A stretch of 62,850 bases of DNA, filler included, from Nemertoderma westbladi (lineage: Eukaryota; Animalia; Xenacoelomorpha), in assembly GCA_032718475.1 (NCBI GenBank). It is 4 parts of 4 records of this genome, joined end to end, with 100 filler letters (N's around TTAATTAATTAA, not from the genome) between each part and the next. Parts side by side here need not be neighbours in the genome. Positions count along the whole stretch, not along the records: positions 43,468 to 52,761 come from JAUCBJ010004472.1; positions 52,862 to 62,850 come from JAUCBJ010000487.1; 2 more parts are not named here. One strand, given 5' to 3'. The notes beneath the pieces are model-generated. The model was not told the DNA's origin and did no database searches. It worked only from the letters and a program-made list of their open reading frames with translations. The translations under genes were made by a program, and so were the position numbers. The first letter of the stretch is position 1. Each line of letters starts with the position of its first letter. Positions 48,022 to 60,200 of this stretch are shown here, piece by piece.

Positions 48022-48559
48022 ATACCGATTGTGTCCAGTCATTCCACTGGCCTCTAGTGGCTGGACCTCCGCATTACTAATGTAATCCATAGTGGGGGTT
48101 GGGGGGTGCTTTTTTGCCGAGTCAGCTCTCGGGGCAAATACCACACCCTGGTTTGCCATTCCACAGGGTGGGTGTCGCAGTGGAGTCAGATATGCCGCCC
48201 ATCACCCATATCTACTCTGGCGCACATGACCTACCATTGGCTGTGCAGCTCATCTGCTGGGTCATACCCTGTACCCCTGCTGCCAGGTGCAGGTCGCAGT
48301 GAAGTGCATTCAGAGTGGACATGAGAACACTCTACTCCTGACCAGCCATTGGTAGATCACCATCTGCCTGGCCAGGCCATATACCCCTGCAGCCAAGTAT
48401 ATGGGTCCTTAATCCAGGACCAAGGGCGTCCTTATCCCAGAACGAAGGGGGTCCTAGTTACAGGACCAGATTTGCCCTAGTAAGAGGGTCTATGCAGCTA
48501 CAGGTGGAACCTCCTTTATGCTGCATGGAGGTGGCAAGTTTTCTTGATCAATGACCTAG

Positions 48560-49726
48560 AATACCTGACCCGACCTGACTACTGGCTACTGAACTGACTA
48601 CTGACTACTGGCTACTGACTACTGGCTACTGACTACTGGCTACTGACTACTGGCTACTGACCTAGAGCAAAAACGGCTCTAACGATTTTGATGAAATTTT
48701 GCATGGACCATGTAAATAGATTTCTATGGGTACTTGTGAAATCGCGGTTTAAATTGAAACATCTCAACTTGTTTATTTCGAAAAATAGCCCCAAAACACG
48801 AAAATTGCCATAGGCGCAATGATAAAAACACCAGTTGGCACGCATGAAAAATGTATAGAGATGGCCTGGTAATGCATTCAATAGGAAGGGCAACTAACAA
48901 AGAAGTACTTTCTGTGTCAAGTTTTATTATCACTCTACTCTACAACCCAGACAGTAAGCAAACATTAACTGGTTTAGCTGGCTATTACAGTCTCAGCTGA
49001 ATAACTCTTCCCAATGCATCCTTGCTATAGTTAATTAATTGGCGTGCAAGCTAAATGACTGTTAGTTACACAGTGTGTTGGCTACTATTGATTGCACTGT
49101 ACTCTCAATTAATAATATTGTTTTATTTTTAAATCTTTGTGCCAACATTAATACTGTGGAGGCTGTATGTTGATAAGGCTGAATGTTTACTCAGCCTCAT
49201 AATGATTCTCCTATAAGGCTAACATTATAGTTTGAAATATAAAAATCTGTTATAATAATAATATGATTGTTGTATTTAATTAATATCGTGGTTTACATTG
49301 AACAGTGTAAATTGTTAATCGCGGTTTACATTGAAACATCTCAACTTGTTTTATTTATTACAAAAATAAAAACGAATTTGTCTTATCACTTCTTGTGCGC
49401 GATTGTATTGAATTCATGACAACTGCTGTTATTATTGTTAATCAATTGACACCTCGACTCCTCTCCGAATACTCTATCCGATAGAATAAAATAACTTTTC
49501 TAACTGCTCTCTATCTTCTATAATCACAACAGCTTTTATAATTCATTAGATGATTATAACATAATAATTATAGTTTGAAGTTGTCAAGAAAATTTTTCGT
49601 ACACCACCGGGACTACCCTAACACTAATTGATTATCAGACAGAAGAAAAAGCTTTTACTTGACTTTGACTCGTACTGTCTCCTACGACTTGCTTCACGGG
49701 CCGCTAGGCGCTAGCCCCGTCTCTAG
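48560..49726 (+). mobile_element. Non-autonomous Helitron with a microsatellite
   Basis: (CTGACTACTGGCTA)n near the 5' end, AACGATTTTGATGAAATTT motif, 3' hairpin plus CTAG|T resembling 43510-43544. Confidence 0.6.
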
Positions 49727-50022
49727 TAATATAATATTAAAGTAACTCGTGTAAAAAATTATACATTTCCGTTGCAAGGAAATGTAATAATTTCCACAAA
49801 TGTTAGCGAATATTATTTCGCAAAATAAAATTTTGATTGCTCTATTGATTTTAGGTGTAATTTATTTCTTTGTTTTAGTTTAAAAACCACAATAGTTTAG
49901 GCCTATTATATTATAACTAATCAATCTTTAGGGAACAAAAGGTTTTTGAGATCGATATATAGCTGATGGATTGGTTTTCAGCGTCACTACCAAATGATAC
50001 GGATACAAAAACATAAACAAAC

Positions 50023-50360
50023 AAGTGAAACAGATACAAACAAAAACATAAGCATAAGCAAGTGAAACAGATACAAACAAAAACATGAGCATAAGTAAGT
50101 GAAACAGATACAAACAAAAACATAAGCATAAGTAAGTGAAACAGATACAAACAAAAACATAAGCATAAGTAAGTGAAACAGATACAAACAAAAACATAAG
50201 CATAAGTAAGTGAAACAGATACAAACAAAAACATAAGCATAAGTAAGTGAAACAGATACAAACAAAAACATAAGCATAAGTAAGTGAAACAGATACAAAC
50301 AAAAACATAAGCATAAGTAAGTGAAACAGATACAAACAAAAACATAAGCATAAGTAAGTG
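50023..50360. repeat. 37-bp tandem repeat, about 9 copies
   Basis: AAGTGAAACAGATACAAACAAAAACATAAGCATAAGT. Confidence 0.95.
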
Positions 50361-50644
50361 CAATAGGTACAAGAACAAAACAACGAAAACAGTACAACTC
50401 AACACAGGCAAGTGACAGAGATGCAATCAGTAATTTAGTTATAGTTAGATATTAAGTTAAATATCGCAGGATGCACGTGGGGGGGGGGGGGGGGGGGGGG
50501 GGCATATCAATATCGGAATTAGCGAAGGGTGAATTTTGAATGATTGCATAAAATTATTGATCATTGTACTGAAATAATAAGTGGAAATTCTGGACCAGCT
50601 GGTCATCTTCATTGATAAGCTGCTGTACGTACAGTACAGTAGGT

Positions 50645-50720
50645 TCCAACCGCCACCATTTCCTAGGCACGCGGCACGCGCGTTGGAACCAATGCGCGTG
50701 GGGTGTAACCAATGGGAACT
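50645..50720 (+). promoter_or_regulatory. Possible promoter of the zinc-finger gene
   Basis: CpG-rich patch and two AACCAATG (CCAAT) boxes about 300 bp upstream of the exon. Confidence 0.3.
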
Positions 50721-51017
50721 CGGGTACTGGAGTATTTACATCAACCGAGACGCGGGATAATGTATTGGCACAAATTTATGATAAATTACACTATTGATAC
50801 TGCTCATACTTGTGTTAGGTAGGTAACACCAACAAGTAACAATCAACATTCTCAACAAATTTATGAATTTCTTTATTATTATTGTTATTACATTACATTA
50901 TTATTTTTTACATTCACTGTATTTTATATTATATTCATATTCAGCGCAACGCAATTTACGGATATTTTATTTAACGTCAAGTTTCAGGTGTTGCTGAGGA
51001 GATAAAGAAAAAGAACT

Positions 51018-52009
51018 ATGAAAAGTTCAACATTATTAGGGAAAGTCAGTTCGGAGATTTTGAATGAAGATGATGTCACCTCAGCATCTGTAAGCCGCAT
51101 AGCGTTAACGACACAACGGTGGCAAAATAAGTATTGTCCTTTCTGTGTGAGTAATATATATAACACGCCTGGAATATATTATCATCACTTCTCGAAACAG
51201 CACATAAGGGAAAATAAATGCTTGGCCTGCCAGTTAATAATTGAGCCACAGAAGATCCAGACACACATCATTCACCATATCAACTTGGCATTTAATAGTT
51301 GCCGCATTTGTGAAACGCGAACAACATTCAACTGCCCGTCTGGGTTGGCTAATCATATAGAGGTGATGCATGGTGGCCAGTATGACCTCATTGTCGACGG
51401 CACAACAGATATTGGGACAGGGAGCAAAAACAGTCAAAATAATTGTCATTCTTCAGATTATGCTGTTGCGAAATTTGAAGTAGTCGATGAATCCAATACA
51501 AATAATCAAAATCACCATCACAATGAGGCAGATAATTCCCCATCTATAGACAATGCAGTTGGAATAAATCATAATAATAATTGGAATACTGAGAATGATT
51601 CTAGAATTGTTAAAGACCGGGAACTTCACTTAGATATCACCATGGAACCTCAGCAACTATCTAAACAATCAAAATCATATAGGTCTGGATCGTGTGGCAA
51701 GTTCCTTGTCAATTTGGCAGAGTTTGTCAATCATAAGAGCGGTAATCGGTGCTCCGAGAAACTAAATTGTGCGGAAATAACTAATCCAGGGAAATCAGCT
51801 TTAATTGGTGTTAATAGAGCAGGGGAAATGCTTGAAAATAGACTTCAACAAGGAGAAAATATGAAGAGTTCTACAATATCGCCGCTGAGAATAAAATTAC
51901 AGAATATAAAATCCTCATCAAAGTTTCCACAGTGTCAGAAACAGAAATTGATTACCGGAAAGAAACGCTCGCTGTCTAGATATTTGCTCAATTGTCTCAA
52001 AGAGAAAAG
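51018..52009 (+). CDS. C2H2-type zinc-finger protein exon (three fingers plus one degenerate)
   Basis: CPFC..HFSKQH, CLAC..HIIHH, CRIC..HIEVMH. Acceptor TTTCAG| at 50987, probable donor AAG|GTATTT at 52009 (otherwise stop at 52019). Confidence 0.7.
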
Positions 52010-52321
52010 GTATTTGTAATAAATCCATAAATTTAATATTAATTTATTAATTATTATTAAAAAGTATTAGTGAAATGTTTTTCTTCGGAATCCATAAAGT
52101 ATGGCATCTCTAAAAGAGTAAATGGTCTAAATATAAATTAAATATGACACCCAATTATCGCCCTGTATGGGTGACACCTGTTAATTCGGATAATTAGACC
52201 CTAATTGGCAGGTGTGATAAATTAATTAGTACAATTTAACCCTTATAGGTGTCGTAGGGTTTAATTGATTTACATAATTAATTAGACAGAATGACGCTAT
52301 AGTACGGTGGCTGAATTCGGC

Positions 52322-52652
52322 CAAAATTAATTATATTATGAAAACACGTTTTTGGATGAACTTACAAAATTAATTATATTATGAAAACACGTTTTTGGAT
52401 GAACTTACAAAATTAATTATATTATGAAAACACGTTTTTGGATGAACTTGCAAAATTAATTATATTATGAAAACACGTTTTTGGATGAACTTGCAAAATT
52501 AATTTATTATGAAAACACGTTTTTGGATGAACTTGCAAAATTAGTTATATTATGAAAACACGTTTTAGGTTGAACTGGCAAAATTAATTATATTATGAAA
52601 ACACGTTTTTGGACGAACTTGCAAAATTAATTATATTATGAAAACACGTTTT
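52322..52652. repeat. 43-bp tandem repeat, about 7.5 copies
   Basis: CAAAATTAATTATATTATGAAAACACGTTTTTGGATGAACTT(A/G). Confidence 0.95.
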
Positions 52653-52761
52653 TGTTGTTGATTATTAGACCTAGGCCTACATATTGGAGGGGGGGGGGGG
52701 GGGCATGGAGGGGAATTCAAATATGTACTGCTACTCATTCGCCAATGATGTAATTCCTGCA

Positions 52762-52861
52762 NNNNNNNNNNNNNNNNNNNNNNNNNNNNNNNNNNNNNNN
52801 NNNNNTTAATTAATTAANNNNNNNNNNNNNNNNNNNNNNNNNNNNNNNNNNNNNNNNNNNN
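52762..52861. other. Assembly gap with artificial spacer
   Basis: N/TTAATTAATTAA/N. Confidence 0.95.
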
Positions 52862-53087
52862 AACATCGTTTATTGCTTTGGTTAGAAAAACCATCTCTGT
52901 TTCCTGAGCCTTTCCTTCAATCGGCAATAACATAGTTTATTGGTTTGGTCAGATTAATATGTTATTATTTATTGTTGTTATTTTATTGCTTGACAGTAAT
53001 GAGAATTGTAATACTGTACTGTAATATATTGTATGTGTATGGGTGGTAACATGAATCATACTAAGTGCGAAGGGCGATAGTGCCCAT

Positions 53088-54180
53088 GATTAATGTTTGT
53101 GCCCTTGATTGTATCTGTTCCTCGTTTATTGTTTGTGTCCCTCATTAATGTTTGTGTACCTCATTAATGTTTGTGTCCCTCATTAATGTTTGTGTCCCTC
53201 ATTAATGTTTGTGTATCTCATTAATGTTTGTGTCCCTCATTAATGTTTGTGTCCCTCATTAATGTTAGTGTCCCTCATTAATGTTTGTGTCCCTCATTAA
53301 TGTTTGTGTACCTCATTAATGTTTGTGTCCCTCATTAATGTTTGTGTCCCCCATTAATGTTTGTGTCCCTCTCTAATGTTTGTGTCCCTCATTAATTTTG
53401 TGTACCTCATTAATGTTAGTGTCCCTCAATTAATGTTTGTGTCCCTCATTAATGTTTGTGTACCTCATTAATGTTTGTGTCCCTCATTAATGTTTGTGTA
53501 CCTCATTAATGTTAGTGTCCCTCATTAATGTTTGTGTCCCTCATTAATGTTTGTGTACCTCATTAATGTTTGTGCCCTTGATTGTATCTGTCCCTCGTTT
53601 ATTGTTTGTGTCCCTCATTAATGTTTGTGTATCTCATTAATATTTGTGTCCCTCATTAATGTTTGTGTCCCTCATTAATGTTTGTGTATCTCATTAATGT
53701 TAGTGTCCCTCATTAATGTTTGTGTCCCTCATTAATGTTTGTGTACCTCATTAATGTTTGTGTCCCTCATTAATGTTTGTGTCCCTCATTAATGTTTGTG
53801 TACCTCATTAATGTTTGTGTCCCTCATTAATGTTTGTGTCCCTCATTAATGTTTGTGTCCCTCATTAATATTTGTGCCCCTCATTAATGTTTGTATTCCT
53901 CATTAATGTTTGTGTCCTATATCAATGTTTATGTCCCACATTAATGTTTGTGTCCTATATCAATGTTTATGTCCCACATTAATGTTTGTGTCCTACATCA
54001 ATGTTTATGTCCCACATTAATGTTTGTGTCCTATATCAATGTTTATGTCCCACTTTAATGTTTGTGTCCTACATCAATGTTTATGTCCCACATTAATGTT
54101 TGTCGCCCTGATTAATGTTTGTCCCACATTAATGTTTGTGGCGCTGATAAATATCTATCCCTCATTTAATGTTTGTGTCC
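53088..54180. repeat. 19-bp satellite (CATTAATGTTTGTGTCCCT)n changing to a 38-bp dimer
   Basis: Directly visible. Confidence 0.95.
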
Positions 54181-54902
54181 AAGTTGCTATAAGTTACTCT
54201 AGGTTGCCGGACGTTTTGGACAATTTGGTCAGCAACTAGCAACTTAATTTGAGTAACATTAACTTTTAGTCTCCGTGATATGAAGCATCTTTTACAGCAA
54301 CAAACTTCGCGTTTACATAGAGCAACTTGATCGGCAACCTGACATGCTCACTAAGTTGCTGATAGAGTTGCTCAAAATGTTGCCACGTACTGTAGAAAAA
54401 ACAGGTCTTTAATTATTCGTCATGACGTACTGTAAGTGAACTTTACTTTAACTTTAACGTAGCTGTAACCCTGTAGCTAGACTTTGTTCTTCTGTAGAGT
54501 ACCACCCATGGCTATATTTTGTACTTAGAGTTCCGCTTTCTTGAATTTAAATTTTGTTCTTATAGTTCTGCATTTGGCTACATTTTGTTCTATTTGTATT
54601 GATACATGATTCTAACTACAGTACCGTACTTATTTTAGAAGCAATTAATACCAAAATATCAAAAACTTATGGAGCCCTTTTGAATTTTGAATTCAAAAAT
54701 TTCCAACATGTGCGCAAGTGTGTTAGCTGTATTGTATGTGATTATTTGTTATTATTGCGTTTACAGGTAATACTAACACCTGATCATGTGCTAGTTAACA
54801 TGTTAGATAGCACGTATTAGCTAATAACAAATGCGCACATGTATTATGTGCGCACTACGCACTAAATTATTAAGGACGTACGATACGCCTTGGCTATTAT
54901 TT

Positions 54903-55090
54903 GATATATTTTGTGTGTTTTTTGTAAAAATTCGGACTTATGGTGTTTTGCCAAATTGAGGATACCTTGTTTTCTAGGCAATACCCCGCAACTATCGTAT
55001 AGTTACGGGATAATACCAGAAAATGGTGTTCCCCCTTGTTTTGGTAAAACACCATAAGTCAGAATTTTTACAAAAAAACCGCAATATATT
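54903..55090. mobile_element. Small MITE-like inverted repeat with ~50-bp arms
   Basis: TTTTTTGTAAAAATTCGGACTTATGGTGTTTTGCCAAA versus TTTGGTAAAACACCATAAGTCAGAATTTTTACAAAAAA. Confidence 0.55.
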
Positions 55091-57243
55091 TCAAAGGTAA
55101 TTCTAAATCAAAGTGAAAGTTTAGTTATATGAATTCTATATATATTTAGTTATCAAAAAACACAATAACAAGTAAACTGGGGCATCTCTCTAAAAAATAA
55201 ACAGTTTTTATCGATTATCTCAGAACTACAAAAATCGACTTAGGGGGTTCTGCCTTGAAGGTGACGAATACATGTTAGGGTTAGCATTGGATGGAAACCC
55301 TGTCCAGGCCCGCACAACTGGGGCTACCCAAATACCCAGCCTGCTACTCCAGTTGCCACACAACCAAACAATCCAATCGCTGTCCATCCACAAAGTCAAG
55401 CAAGCTCCATCCACCGCCCTGTCAATCACATCGCGGCTTGGCCATTAACAAAAGCCAGTTCTCGGCGGGAATCTGAGTTCAAAGGCATGCCGCAGAAGAG
55501 CGATGTAAACTGTTACCTTGAAATCATTTCAATGTCATTTCAATATGAGACAGAAAAGTCTGGAATTTCGGTCCATCGATTTCAAGGTCATTTCAATATG
55601 CCATCAATGTCATTTCAATGTCAATTCTACTTTCAATGCTACTCTATGGACACATTTTGATCAAACATTGATCAATGTTTGATCAAAGTTTGATCAATGT
55701 TTGATCAAAGGAATGCTTTTTGAGAGCGGGACTGTATTAACGATCAATCGAATAATACAGTAGGCTTACACCGCAATAAGGTTAGAGCTTCCGAATCCAG
55801 TCTCCCGGGTATATCCAGCGGGTGAATGGTCGCGCATAGGCTGGCTTCGGCTAATGTAGTGTTTATTTGTGTCAAATACTTGTCATAGGCTAAAGTCGAT
55901 TTACAAACTAAAAGACACCTAAATTAGGCGGGTTAAACTGCCTAAGGTCTAAAAGCGCGAACAATAACAGTTATACATTCCGTTATAGTTAAACTAACCC
56001 CGGTACTACATCAGGGCTGCTTGGCGTAGGTAAAGACTGGTGATTTTGTGCTCTGGTCACTCCGGCAGATACCGTGGTTCTTTTAGCTGTTCAAGTATTT
56101 TTAACTGCTGGTTATTTGTTATACAAGTACTTGTACCTAATTTAGGGTTTAGTGTACAGTGCTTTCCGAAAGTAATTTAGTGTGTAGGCAGTATATTTGT
56201 GTTGTAAAGTGGTTAATAGGCACGTTGGCTCTGGTAGGCCGCGGTAATTAACTTCCAGGTAGGGACACTCCGTGATACATAACGTAGTACTTATAGCGGT
56301 ACGGCTATACATAAGTCGTCAGACAGTGGTATTTTTCCTATCTGGACAACGCAATATATTTACTACTGCTTATTATTTTCAAAATACCGTAGTATCCTGT
56401 CCATTGTAATAACCAGATTTTCTAACCCTTTGTTAGGCTGGTTTGTAGATTCCCTGTAAAATTACCCTAAAAATTCGTATTTGTAATTTTTGTGTTTATT
56501 AAGAGATTGTAGTCTCACCCCGAATTGTACGTAATTTGTAGTAATAAGTAACTTAGGCAAGTAGAAATTATTTGTTTTAGTGTCCAACAAGTAGCACTTC
56601 ACTGAGAGCGCTCAGCTTCTGTGTAGTGACTCCTTCTCAGAAATAATACCAATTATTTCAAATATTGTAACAAAACCCATTAAACGGGTATATATATTAT
56701 AAATCAACTCAAATCGATTTATAAAACAGTAGGCCTGTCATCATTCAATTAGGTCTTAATATCAGTTGGACTACTGCTTAAATAACGGTAATAAAGTAAA
56801 GTAAAGTAACCAAGTAACCCTAAAATTCAGAAATACAATTATTCTAAAATAATTGACATACCGGTATTTACAATAGGCTTATAATATTTATTCTATAAAT
56901 CTGAGCGGAAATTATATACCGGTATTCTGTAATTAATTCTAGTCTATAATTATACTTATATATATACCATAAGTGTAAGCTATATACCGGTATTCCCGAT
57001 AGGCTTATTATACATTTCTATATTTGTGCTGAAATTATATACCGGTATTCTGAGACAAACTTAGTCTGCAATAATACTTATATATATTGTAAGTGTATAC
57101 CGGTATTCTAATATATTGTATATATATCACGTTACATAGAGTAACGATATCGGTAATTAATTACTAGGCTAACAGTTGATACTGAAATACTAGACTTGCT
57201 TTAACTGTAATATAGCAGTAGGCATTCAACTGTATAACAAAAC

Positions 57244-60200
57244 ATGTCTGATACCAAACAAAATCTGTCAGACAGTCTCTTAGATACCACCATCTGTGAT
57301 CCAGACAGGAGTGTGGAATGTGTGAGACCTAAGTTCAACTCACCTCCTACTGTAAGAAAGATCATCCCTCCAGTAGTATTATCAGACCCTAGGCTAGTAC
57401 AACACCATAGGTCTATCATCGGCACTCGTGCTCAAGTAAAGCGGGATCAAGAAGCCGCTGGCAAACAACAGCAACATCCTAGCCAAGAACTTAGTTCTCA
57501 GCGACCAGATAGCTCCAGTAGTTCTGATACTGTAGAGCTGACACCCGAGCGCAGAGAAAAGATGAAAGATACAGTTTATTCGGATCCCCTTCTCATTCTT
57601 CCTGCAGCAGTACTAACTACTGTATTGATTGCGGTGGAGGAACACCAACTTGATTGGGCGAGAGGTAGGCGATCGACTAAGGACAGTTATGCGGGATACA
57701 CCAAGGAGGAACTGAAGTCTATTGTCGAGTCACAATGGAACTTCCCCGGACCCGGACTCCCGTTTGACTTATCAGAAGCTACCTGGGAAGACATACACAG
57801 GATGGGAGTGACAAAAGACACAATAGATCCAGCTGTGTGGAAGAGGTCGGCAGCAGGATATGTACAGGGATTCTTCAGCTCTTTGGAGCGATTAGAAGAA
57901 CAACTGTTTTGACAACCCAAAGGACCTCAAGAGCAGGGAGAGCTGCTTTATCAAGTTCGAGAAAGAACTCTACGCATCAGGCTAATCCTATCGGCCTTTG
58001 AAGAAGCTTTGAAAAGAAGACAGGACACGTCTTTGCAAGTTGCCGTCAAGACTTGGTTTCAGCGGGTGAGTCACAAAGTTCAAGGAACAGCCCAGTGGAA
58101 ATCTCAGCTGGCTGATCGCTCAGCCCATGGAGAATCAACCGACGCTGCTTTCTCTCAAGCGGAAAGTGAAGCAATAGCAGAGAAACCGCATGAGAGGGAC
58201 GCTATTGACATCTATCTGTCAGACTATCAACGATTTCTAGGGGATGAAGAGTTAAGGAGAAGGCTAAAGGGACTTCGTCCTAATAGTGAAGGAGCTAAGT
58301 TGGTGTTGGATGCAATAGATGCGGAAATGATAGCTGCGAACCAAGCTAAATTTGATGAAAGTATCCGCATCACTAGGGTTCAAGAAGAAAAAGTCTAGAA
58401 AAAACATATAGAAGACAGAAAGATAGCAGCAGCGGCAGCAGCAGAGGCAGAAGCAGAAAAAAAGGCGGCATTGGCAGAGGCAGAAAGAAAAGCGGCAGTG
58501 GCAGAAGCAGAACAAAAGGCGTCAGAAGAGACTGCCCAACTAGAGTTGGAACATCTTCAAGAGAAGCAAGATTATATCGATAAACAGAGAACAGCGAGTC
58601 AGTGGCAGATGATAAGTAAATCTACTCCCAAAAGACAAGGATTTACATCATCCGATGAAGGCGACACCACAGATCCTGAAGGTGGAGGAAATAGATCTCG
58701 TGCCATTAGGCGGAGAAGAACGCCCCACCGTCAAAAATTGCCTGATTTGCCCCCAGCTGTTAGAAGACAACTAGCTAGCACAGACTTAGGTAGTACAGAA
58801 CCCACAGACCAGATTATTACCGTACAAAGACTCCCTACTATAGTAGATGAGCCTGAGATAATTAGGCCTGTTCTCGAAGCCACCCCTACGGTGATAGAGA
58901 CACCTGTACTCCCAGAACCTACCTCAAAATTCCCTTTGCACAGCACAAAACTACCTGTGCCCAGTAGAACAATCCCTGAGACAGTTACTGTCCTGGACCC
59001 CGAGCGAAACATCAATGATTTGTCGCCCATTGTCCCTCGTCCGCCCGCTACTATGTTGGCGGATCCTGCTCCGGCGGTTGATTGGGTGGATGAGGGACGG
59101 CGGGGGATGGATCTCCTGCTCGGGCAGATGCAGGAGACTGTTCAACAGTTCAAGGGAACAGTAAGGGAAAGTAGGTTAGAGTTGCAAGAAGTGCAGCAAA
59201 GTATCGCACTAGAACGCGATAAGTTAGTAAATATACAAAAGGGTATACCACCACCCCCTGTAACAATGTGTCAACCCGTTAGGTCTGAAGTATTTCATGC
59301 GCAAGGTGTGGAGCCTACACGCATCTATACTGCTAGTGAAGTAGAAACTCCTATAGTAAACCCTATTAAGGGTAATTTTAAACCTGTTGACAATGATATT
59401 CCCTATAGACCTGATCATAATCCGAGAAATTTATATACCGATAATTCGATATTAAATAATACGATGGCCCAAGAAAGTTTTACGCGTCAAATGGCTAGAA
59501 CCGAAGCCCGTCAAGCGGTAAAGGTGGGAGAGATCGTCAAGTTCAATGGAGATGAGATGAAATGGTTACCTTTTAATGAATATTACAAAGATAACATACA
59601 GAACTCCGTGCTATCTAATGGAGAAAAGCTTAGATTCCTCATCGAGTGCTTGGAAGGATCTCCCAAGTTAATGGCGTTAAAGTTTATTGGACATCCAGAT
59701 GGATTAAGACAAGTTTGGGATACATTAAACATCAGGTATGGTAATAGGAATACCATAGCTAGGTATTTGTATGCAAAATTGGTAGCGCCCCGAAAGTTCA
59801 TTAGCAGCGGGATTTATCGAGTTTTCCGATGAGATTCAGGAGATCTGTAGACAATTAGATTGGCTAGGTAAGTCTCATGAATATCAGAGTTCTATGGTTA
59901 TTGGAGCCGTAGCATCTACTTTGCCGAAGGGTGGAGTAGGTACACGCTGTGACAAGAAAGTATTATATATGATGGAGCAACAGCGACGAGACCCTACCAT
60001 GGCTGACCTCATGTCATTCTTGGATGGCGAGGTAAAACTACAGCTCCTAAAGCAGTCCAGAGAGAAGATCCCGGAAAATAAGGTAAGTGAGAAACCCGTT
60101 TCTAGGAGAAAGGTAACACCAGTGTGTTATACCGACGATGGCGAAAGCCAGGCTTCTCAAGAAGAAGACAGCGGGAAAGACACTGAAAGATCATACTATG

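Noticed and set aside
49917-50426. Three hydrophobic Cys/Phe-rich ORFs
   Set aside because: Translations of the 37-bp tandem repeat.
55730-57240. 5' LTR and PBS of the BEL element
   Set aside because: Likely present, but I could not fix TG..CA ends or a convincing PBS without the second LTR.
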